Of a stretch of 64,000 bases of DNA, positions 1 to 8,502 are shown piece after piece (the stretch's first letter is position 1; every line of letters begins with the position of its first letter). Under the pieces are notes generated by a model. That model was not told the DNA's origin. It did no database searches and worked only from the letters and a program-made list of their open reading frames with translations. The DNA lies in contig NW_027362762.1 in assembly GCF_046119375.1 (NCBI RefSeq), positions 454,832,001 through 454,896,000 on the forward strand, read 5' to 3'. The stretch is from Phyllobates terribilis. Taxonomy: Eukaryota. The translations under genes were made by a program, and so were the position numbers.

Positions 1-957
1 ATGAATCTCCTGTAGTAGCCTACCCGCCCGAGGAACTGCCGCACTTCCTTGATAGTGGAGGGTCTTGGCCAGTCCTTGATCACAGTGAATTTTTCAGGGT
101 CTGGTGCTTACCACATGAACTAGGTACTTGCACCTTGGGCTTCAAAAGGTGGCACTAGGACGGCTTTACTTTCAGGTCATAATCAGATAGGGCTTCGAAC
201 ACCTCGGACAGGTGCTCCAGGTGGTCTTCATATGTCTTTGAGTAGACGATTACATCGTCAAGGTACAGCAGGACGGTTTTGAAGTTTTTGTGTCCTAGGC
301 AACACTCCATTAACCGCTGGAAGGTTCCTGGGGCGTTGTAGAGCCCGAATGGCATGCAGTTGAACTCGCTGAGGCCCATTGGTGTTGTAAACGCGGTCTT
401 TTCTCTGTCCGCCTCTGCCACAGGAACCTGCCAGTACCCACTGGTGAGATCCAAAGTGGAGAAATAGTTAGCTGATCTCAATGCTGCTAATGATTCCTCA
501 ATTCTGGGTAATGGGTAGGCGTCCTTATGTGTAATGCGGTTACTCTGCCTGTAATCAACACACATCCTCATTGTACCATCCTTCTTTCTAACGAGAACTA
601 ATGGAGCTGCCCAGGGGCTACAACTATCTCTGATCACCCCAGCCTCCTTCATCTCCCGTAACATTCCTTTGGCACATTGATAGTGAGCTGGGGGTACAGA
701 CCGCTACCTCTCTTTAATGGGTGGATGATCTCCCGTGGGGATATAATGTTGGACCCCTTTTACCTGCCCAAAGTCTAGTGGGTGTTTGCTGATGACTCGC
801 TCATATTCTTCGACCACCCGGTATACTCCATGCTTTTGGTGCAAAGGGGTGGAGTCAGTGCCCACTTGTAGCTTCTGACACCAATCCTCCATCTGCCCCT
901 TGGAGCCATTATCCTCCGCCGGTTTGGATGGAGGCAAGGGTTCCACTGTCTTCATTG
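1..957 (-). pseudogene. pol: Ty3/gypsy pol fragment (RT plus upstream linker) of element A; continues beyond the left window edge
   Basis: ORF 155-664 has SPWAAPLVLVRKKDG, RMCVDYR, TLDLTSGYWQ, MPFGL and YLDD motifs. It has a premature TAG at 155-157 and frameshifts, after which [28 protein letters not shown] can still be read. Confidence 0.95.
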
Positions 958-2167
958 TGTGGCGCCCCTGAGGGTTCGGTCGCCACAGAGGTATTGCATC
1001 TCATCCAGAGGTGTGGTATCTCACTCTCAAGTAAGGAAGGAGTATGGCTCAGGACCCTAACACTACATCCACTACACCACATTTCCGGGGGACAGGGCGA
1101 TAATGCTCCTACGTAGAGCACAAGTGTCCCTGATCCCTGGCTGGAGTGGGGGGAACCACCTAGAGAGGGGGAACTAGGTAGTGGATGGGTGGAGGACGTA
1201 GATCCTGGGAGCACTGGAGTAGGAAGTATAAGTATGGGAACCATCTTAGTTCAGTGTGGTCAGTCAGAGGAGGAAAGTGTCAGGATCAGGGGCTCTGTAC
1301 GAGCTCTGCTCCACAGGCAGGCCTAGTTAAGAGGCCTGAGCCTGAAAGGAGTAAAGAGAGGAAAGGGGAGGAGGAAGGCTCCAGGACAGGAACCGAAGGG
1401 ACCCTAGGGATACGTGCCGTGCAGCCACCACCCGTACGCCCGCCGCTGCCAGGAGGTAGGGGGGTCAGGCCAGAAGAAGGGAACCGGATCCCTCAACCAG
1501 CAGAGACTACAGGGCTCAACTGGGAACCGGAGGCTGCAGCACTTCAAGTACAGCAAGCCGTCCACACCAGCCACTAGGAAAGTAGCCACATAGGGCCAGG
1601 GGACGGAACACACGTCGCCCGCCAAGGCCCGAGGACACTGGACAGAGGTGCCGCTAGGTGTGAGGTACAAGGAGAATGGCCAGAGAGGACACACAGAAGG
1701 GGTCCTGAAAAGTACTCCGGAGTTACCTGAGGGTCAACCGGGCCCCACACTGTGTGAGCACAGGACGCCGTGGGCTTTTACACTGGCCCTGTAACTGGAA
1801 CTACTTAAACCGTGAGTAAAGGATCTGGGACTGCATCATGTGGACTCTGTGATCATTCTTGCACCGCGACACATTGCACCATCACCACCATCATCCATAC
1901 ACGCTGCCCTGAAGCTACACTCTTCCTATGGGGAGTTACACTGCCTTGCTGCGCATATCACCAGCTTCAGTGGACTGCTCCGCAGCGCCGGTTCCCAATA
2001 ACCGCATTCCACAGGTGGCGTAGTCGGACTATTTAAACCAGATACACATAGACTACCCCTGGTTTGACCGCCCTGGGTCACGGACCAGGTCACCACCACG
2101 GTGACTACAACCCCCAGCATCTACAAGGCCTGGCTCCGGGTATCCCCACTGCCCAGGGGGCGCGTCA
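958..2167 (+). repeat. 5' LTR of element B
   Basis: TGTGGCGCCCC...GGGGCGCGTCA; about 36 substitutions plus 2 small indels versus 7284-8498 (about 97% by manual count). Confidence 0.95.
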
Positions 2168-2171
2168 ACTT

Positions 2172-2189
2172 TGGCGTAGTCGGCAGGAT
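2172..2189 (+). promoter_or_regulatory. Primer-binding site of element B, tRNA-Ser (AGA-type 3' end)
   Basis: TGGCGTAGTCGGCAGGAT, 4 nt after the LTR end; it is the reverse complement of the vertebrate tRNA-Ser 3' end ATCCTGCCGACTACG-CCA (recalled from memory). Confidence 0.9.
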
Positions 2190-2537
2190 ACGTAACCCAC
2201 CCGTTATCATTGGGTATTGTGTGCCTAAAAGACTGTGTTTTCTACTGAATGTGGCGTCCACCCCTGAAGAACGGGCGCCATTATGAGCCAGCCAAACAAC
2301 AATCAAAGGCCACCTCCCATCGTGGGCCAGGTTCCAGAATGGCGCCAAAAGCGGGGCCCGCCCCAACCAGCAGTGATCATGCATGTGGATGTGTCCATCG
2401 ACGTGGGGGGGCTGCCCTTGGAGGTGACCGACAGCAGACTGCCCTGGAACCGCCCCTGAAAGGGGAGGGGAGGCAAGAAAACTGAGAGACAGGGTGTGGT
2501 CTGGACCAGTCGAGGCAGGCCGCACACGGGAAAGGAG

Positions 2538-3752
2538 ATGGACCGTGGCAGCTCCGGAGACCCTGCCAGCGACATGCTACAGGCCGAAGCGCCATATACC
2601 CTGGAGGAGCTGGTGGCCAAGCTCCCCTGGGAGGATGCCGAGTTCCTCCGCGCCGGCATGCAAGATCTGGGCCGGAGGATGGCCAGGGCGCAGCGAGACG
2701 CCATTGCGGACTGGAAGAGGGAGATGGAGCAAAGGATGGCGGCCCGGCAGCCAGCGATGCTGCCTAGCACCGGCGGCGCCCCAGCCTCCGAGGACCAGGA
2801 TCGTGGTCAGGATACCGCGCCTGAAGCAGGAGCGGCCGCAGGAGCAGGTAGGAGAAGTTCTCCTGTGCCGGACGCTGTAAGCGTCGACCTGCCACTGGGC
2901 CCCCTGGTGGAGTCGCAGATCCCGGGCGTCACCGAAGCTGTCCCATTCCCGACACCAGAGCCTGGCCCTTTAAACCAGGGCGAGACCGCCACATGCCTAC
3001 CATGCATATACCAGGGCGCGCCAGTTCCAAGTGCCCTCCAGACCCCGGAACCAGCTCCAGACGCCAACGACGCCGGCCCGCTCCTAGGTCCCCTGCAGGA
3101 GCCGCCCCCTCCGACACCCGAATGGGTGTATGGGTGCTTCCCCTGGGACTGGTCCGCGGAGGTGGAGGACCAGCGGCCTTCACTCCTGCCCGCTCCACAG
3201 CCCGCCGCCGCCGCTTCCCAGGTACCGGAGGATGAGGCCCAATTTGAGTGGGATAACTCAGGGGAAGATTTAATGGGGTTCTCCCAGGAGACCAGGGCAG
3301 CCGCAGCCCGCTGCAAGGAGTTCTGTTATCAACAGCTGATCAAGTTTGAAAAAGAGCGGAGACAGCGGCGTGAGCGGTGGGAGCAACTCGAGGCCAGGAA
3401 TATGGAGGAAAAGGCCCGGACCCGCCATGACAAGCGAGCGGCTCGTGGTCCCAGAATTACCGGGACCGTGGTAAAATTCAACCTGGACGCAGGATGGGGG
3501 TTCGTCTGGGACCCGCTGACAGACACGGATCTCTTTGTAAATAGAAGAGACGTGGAATCCCGCCTGCCAGAGGGACATCCAGATCGGGACCTGTATCCCG
3601 GGGACACCGTGTCCTACACCAGGCACCGAGGAGTAAGGGGCTGGTATGCCCTCAATGTCCACCGGTTGGAGACAGAGTTCCACCATGCTGAAGACCCGGC
3701 TGGGTCAGCCAGTGATGGACCAGAGCCTCCCCGCAGGGAGCACCCTTACTAA
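2538..3752 (+). CDS. Retroelement-encoded protein: helical N-terminus, Pro/Ala-rich linker, basic coiled coil, C-terminal cold-shock domain (about nt 3456-3668)
   Basis: Open frame 2496-3752; first ATG at 2538 in good context (GAGATGG), 404 aa. The segment TGTVVKFNLDAGWGFV..DLFVN..LYPGDTVSYT..GVRGWYALNVHRL aligns by eye with CspA TGIVKWFNADKGFGFI..DVFVH..LDEGQKVSFT..GAKGPAAGNVTSL. Confidence 0.85.
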   Translation: MDRGSSGDPASDMLQAEAPYTLEELVAKLPWEDAEFLRAGMQDLGRRMARAQRDAIADWKREMEQRMAARQPAMLPSTGGAPASEDQDRGQDTAPEAGAAAGAGRRSSPVPDAVSVDLPLGPLVESQIPGVTEAVPFPTPEPGPLNQGETATCLPCIYQGAPVPSALQTPEPAPDANDAGPLLGPLQEPPPPTPEWVYGCFPWDWSAEVEDQRPSLLPAPQPAAAASQVPEDEAQFEWDNSGEDLMGFSQETRAAAARCKEFCYQQLIKFEKERRQRRERWEQLEARNMEEKARTRHDKRAARGPRITGTVVKFNLDAGWGFVWDPLTDTDLFVNRRDVESRLPEGHPDRDLYPGDTVSYTRHRGVRGWYALNVHRLETEFHHAEDPAGSASDGPEPPRREHPY

Positions 3753-4547
3753 GTACTGTAAGAGGAACTGAGCATTTAGGATGTAAATAAGTTACCCGTC
3801 AGGGTATGCAGGGACACTGCAAAAAGTTTGTTGTTTACCAGGTTGCCCGAAAGGATGCAGTTCTACGTTGAAAAACTTGTGAGTGTTCATTAGTTACCCG
3901 GAACGGGTCCAAAGACTAACCGGCTGAGGACTGGGAGCAGCCGCTTTTTGTAAATAGTTGCACCTCTTAAGGTGCCCCTTATTGGTTTTATAAGAACTTC
4001 AACGAGTACCTCAGAACAAAAACCCGTTGGAGGTGGCCGAAGACGAGGTCCAGCACCTGCTTCATCTAAGCCCTGCAGCCACCCCAGGGCCTCCGTTGAG
4101 GGTTTGGGATGGGTCCCTCATATTCGTGTTTGCAAGTTTGCACTTTATTGAAAAATGGACATCTGGTTGCAGACATCACTGTGACCGGTTGACCAAAAGT
4201 TTACTTGAAAAGTTTATGTGAAAATTGTTTTTGATATGACAAATGGCAAAATATGAAGAATGTTTATGACGGAAATGTTTTATACGCAAAGGAAATGTTT
4301 ATAATGTCTTATATATAAAGTACAGACCAAAAGTTTGGACACACCTTCTCATTTAAAGATTTTTCTGTATTTTCATGACTATGAAAATTGTACATTCACA
4401 CTGAAGGCATCAAAACTATGAATTAACACATGTGGAACTATATATTTAGCAAAAAAGTGTGAAACAACTGAAAATATGTCTTATATTCTAGGTTCTTCAA
4501 AGTAGCTACCTTTTGCTTTGATGACTGCTTTGCACACTCTTGGCATT

Positions 4548-4659
4548 TGTAGCGCCCCGAGGGCTTGGTTGCTACAGGAGTATTGCACCTCACCCAGAGG
4601 TGTGATATTCCACTCCCAGGTAAGGATGGAGTGTGGACCAGGGCTCAGTTAGCTGCATG

Positions 4660-4690
<31 letters not shown>

Positions 4691-5833
4691 CATTTCCGGG
4701 GGACAGCTCGACGGTGCTCCCAGCTGCGGGCACAACTGACCATGTCCCTGGCTGGAGTGGGGAGGAGGGAAGAGAACCCAGTGGTGTAGGAGCAGAAAGG
4801 GGGCGGTTTCTGGAGCATAGGAAGGAGCTCATTGGGTGCAGGTCACCTGAGCTCAGACACAGAGAAGCAGATAAATGGTGGGGGCCATCTTGGAGAGTAG
4901 TTCAGTCAGAGGAGAAGAAAGAGAGAGCTGACAGGGAGCAGCGGCTCAGGCTGAGCTCAGCTCCACGAGGCAGGCCTAGAGAAAAGGCCGGGGCCAGAGA
5001 GGAGAAGAGAAGAAGGAGAAGGAAGGAAGGAGAAGAGACAGAGGAGTGGAAGGGCTCCAGAAACAAGAAGGCAGAAGGGACCCTAAGAGTGCAGAATGGC
5101 CAGCAACCGTTGCATACCCCATTATATCGGGTGGAAGGGTCAGGCTGTGAAAAGGTACCGGATCCCTAAGTTGGTGGAGGCGAATCTACCCTCAGCCAAG
5201 AACCGGAGGTTGTGACCATTTATTGGTGCGAACCCCCCGCTAAACCTGCTAGGAAGGCACCATATAGGATAGCGGGAAGTGAAGGCCAACGCTTACCCGA
5301 CACGGTCCGCGGTAGCTGGACAGAAGTCAGGACACTGGTGGGGCACGAGAGGCCAGAGAAAGGACAGAAGGGGGTCCTGTGCCATACTCCTGAATTGCCT
5401 GGGGGTTGACCGAGCTCCTCACCTGGTGGACGCAGCACGGCTCGGGCAGTCCTTGCTGACAGAAGTGACTTGGATAACAACTGTGAGTAAAAGACCCTGG
5501 ACTGCATCATTGGACTCTGTGTGATTTCTGCTGCGCCTGCACCATCACCCCCAGCATCCACTTACACTGCCCTGAGGCTACACTCTTCCCATGGGGAGTT
5601 ATCCTACCCCTGTGCTGCACACCAACATCAGCCTCAGCGGTCTGCCTCGCAGCGGCGGTTATCTCTGACCGCAATCCACGGGTGGCGTAGTCGGACATTC
5701 AAAACACTGATAAATAGACTGCCACAACATTGGTCTGACCACCCTGAGCCACGGGATCGGGTTGCCACTACTATCCCCAGCATTGTACAGAAGCCCGGTT
5801 CCGGGTACCCCACGGCCCAGGGGGCGAGTTACA
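4548..5833 (+). repeat. Solo LTR C (relative of the B LTR) inserted in the Tc1 TIR; contains a (CA)n tract at about 4659-4687
   Basis: TGTAGCGCCCC...GGGGCGAGTTACA, co-linear with the B LTR. The opposite TIR gives the empty site GGCATTCTCTTG. TSD CATT overlaps the terminal CA (2-bp ambiguity). Confidence 0.85.
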
Positions 5834-6648
5834 TTCTCTTGATGAGCTTCAAGAGGTAGTCACCGAAAATGGTCTTCCAACAATCTTGAAGGAGTTCCCA
5901 GAGATGCTTAGCACTTGTTGGCCCTTTTGCCTTCACTCTGCGGTCCAGCTCACCCCAAACCATCTCGATTGGGTTCAGGTCTGGTGAATGTGGAGGCCAG
6001 GTCATTTGGCATAGCACCCCATCACTCTTCCTCTTGGTCAAATAGCCCTTACACAGCCTGGAGTTGTGTTTAGGATCATTGTCCTGTAGAAAAATAAATG
6101 ATGGTCCAACTAAACGCAAACCGGATGGAATAGCATGCCGCTGCAAGATGCTGTGATAGCCATGCTGGTTCAGTATGCCTTCAATTTTGAATAAATCCCC
6201 AACAGTGTCACCAGCAAAACACCCCCACACCATCACACCTCCTCCTCCATGCTTCACGGTGGGAACCAGGCATGTAGAGTCCATCCGTTCACCTTTTCTG
6301 CGTCGCACAAAGACACTGTGGTTGGAACCAAAGATCTCAAATTTGGACTCATCAGACCAAAGCCCAGATTTCCACTGGTCTAATGTCTATTCCTTGTGTT
6401 CTTTAGCCCAAACAAGTCTCTTCTGCTTGATGCCTGTCCTTAGCAGTGGTTTCCTAGCAGACTCTTGGTCTTCCTTTCCTGGGGCGGTCCTCATGTGAGC
6501 CAGTTTCTTTGTAGCGCTTGATGGTTTTTGCAACTGCACTTGGGGACATTTTCAAAGGTTGCCCAATTTTTCGGACTGACTGACCTTCATTTCTTAAAGT
6601 AATGATGGCCACTCATTTTTCTTTACTTAGCTGCTTTTTTCTTGCCAT
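5829..6648 (-). pseudogene. DD38E transposase remnant
   Basis: MARKKQLSKEK* at the N-terminus, then GRPR, an internal deletion, WSDESK, KHGGGGVMVWGC and QDNDPKH..SPDLNPIE. The C-terminus is split by solo LTR C and ends near 4479. Confidence 0.9.
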
Positions 6649-7267
6649 AATACAAATTCTAACAGTCTATTCAGTAGGACTATCAGCTGTGTATCCACCA
6701 GACTTCTGCACAACACAACTGATGGTCCTGGCCCCATTTATAAGGCAAGAAATCCCACTTATTAAACCTGACAGGGCACACCTGTGAAGTGAAAACCATT
6801 TCCGGTGACTACCTCTTGAAGCTCATCAAGAGAATGCCAAGAGTGTGCAAAGCAGTCATCAAAGCAAAAGGTGGCTACTTTGAAGAACCTAGAATATAAG
6901 ACATATTTTCAGTTGTTTCACACTTTTTTGTTAAGTATATAATTCCACATGTGTTAATTCATAGTTTTGATGCCTTCAGTGTGAATGTACAATTTTCTTA
7001 GTCAAGAAAATACAGAAAAATCTTTAAATGAGAAGGTGTGTCCAAACTTTTGGTCTGTACTGTATATGTGAAGAAATGTTTTATAACATGTGAAGAAAGT
7101 GTTTATAATGTTTTGGTAAATGAAATGTAACCAGTAACGTTAAAAGAAGTATGCCTCCCATAAAGGGAAGATGTGTTGTTTACAATCTTATATGCGGACA
7201 TGTCCTAAAATTTTGTATGTCTTTTGAAATTGTCTTTTACTCTGTTCCAGCCCGCGGACGTGCTGTG

Positions 7268-7283
7268 TTTTACCAGGGGGGTG
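7268..7283 (+). promoter_or_regulatory. Polypurine-tract region of element B
   Basis: TTTTACCAGGGGGGTG abutting the 3' LTR; the equivalent in element D reads TTTTACTACGGGGGAA (minus strand, 12683-12698). Confidence 0.7.
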
Positions 7284-8498
7284 TGTGGTGCCCCTGAGGG
7301 TTCGGTCGCCACAGAGGTATTGCATCTCATCCAGAGGTGTGGTATCTCACTCTTAGGTAAGGAAGGAATATGGCTCAGGACCCTAACACTACATCCACTA
7401 CACCACATTTCCGGGGGACAGGACGATAATGCTCCTACATAGAGCACAAGTGTCCCTGATCCCTGCCTGGCTGGAGTGGGGGGAACCACCTAGAGAGGGG
7501 GAACTAGGTAGTGGATGGGTGGAGGACGTAGATCCTGGGAGCACTGGAGTAGGAAGTATAAGTATGGGAACCATCTTAGTTCAGTGTGGTCAGTCAGAGG
7601 AGGAAAGTGTCAGGAGCAGGGGCTCTGTACGAGCTCTGCTCCACAGGCAGGCCTAGTTAAGAGGCCTGAGCCTGAAAGGAGTAAAGAGAGGAAAGGGGAG
7701 GAGGAAGGCTCCAGGACAGGAACCAAAGGGACCCTAGGGGTACGGGCCGTGCAGCCGCCACCCGTACGCCCGCCGCTGCCAGGAGGTAGGGGGGTCAGGC
7801 CAGAAGAAGGGAACCGGATCCCTCAACCAGCAGAGACTACAGGGCTCAACTGGGAACCGGAGGCTGCAGCACTTCAAGTACAGCAAGCCGTCCACACCAG
7901 CTACTAGGAAAGTAGCCACATAGGGCCAGGGGAGGGAACACACGTTGCCTGCCAAGGCCCGAGGACATTGGACAGAGGTGCCGCTAAGTGTGAGGTACAA
8001 GGAGAGAGGCCAGAGAGGACACACAGAAGGGGGTCCTGAAAAGTACTCCGGAGTTACCTGAGGGTCAACCGGGCCCCACACTGCGTGAGCACAGGACGCC
8101 GTGGGATTTTACACTGGCCCTGTAACTGGAACTACTTAAACCGTGAGTAAAGGATCTGGGACTGCATCGTGTGAACTCTGTGATCATTCTTGCACCGCGA
8201 CACATTGCACCATCACCACCATCATCCATACACGCTGCCCTGAAGCTACACTCTTCCTGTGGGGAGGTACACTACCTTGCTTCGCATATCACCAGCTTCA
8301 GTGGACTGCTCCGCAGCGGCGGTTCCCAATAACCGCATTCCACAGGTGGCGTAGTCGGACTATTTAAACCAGATACACATAGACAACACCTGGTTTGACC
8401 GCCCTGGGTCACGGACCGGGTCACTGCCACGGTGACTACAACCCCCAGCATCTACAAGGCCCGGCTCTGGGTATCCCCACTGCCCAGGGGGCGCATCA
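7284..8498 (+). repeat. 3' LTR of element B
   Basis: Direct repeat of 958-2167; followed by TSD ATTG. Confidence 0.95.
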
Positions 8499-8502
8499 AT
8501 TG

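Larger units (their letters stand above)
4318..7062 (-). mobile_element. Tc1-like DNA transposon, DD38E (Intruder-type), inserted in the 3' region of element B
   Basis: About 260-bp TIRs starting (C/A)AGTACAGACCAAAAGTTTGGACACACC, TA on both sides. 38 residues lie between the D of QDNDPKH and the E of DLNPIE. Confidence 0.9.
958..8498 (+). mobile_element. Complete non-autonomous LTR retrotransposon (element B) carrying a cold-shock-domain ORF instead of gag-pol
   Basis: Two ~1.21-kb direct repeats TGTGG...TCA, a PBS after the left LTR and a G-rich PPT before the right LTR. 4-bp TSD ATTG at 954-957 and 8499-8502. Removing it restores the host pol frame TVSNNA|MKTVEP. No RT, integrase or gag motifs inside. 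Confidence 0.93.

Noticed and set aside
2538-3752. CSD ORF as a host YBX/LIN28 retrocopy or bacterial contamination
   Set aside because: It has no Y-box C-terminal basic/acidic repeats, no Lin28 CCHC knuckles and no poly(A) remnant. It is embedded between a PBS and the retroelement 3' module within paired LTRs flanked by a TSD.
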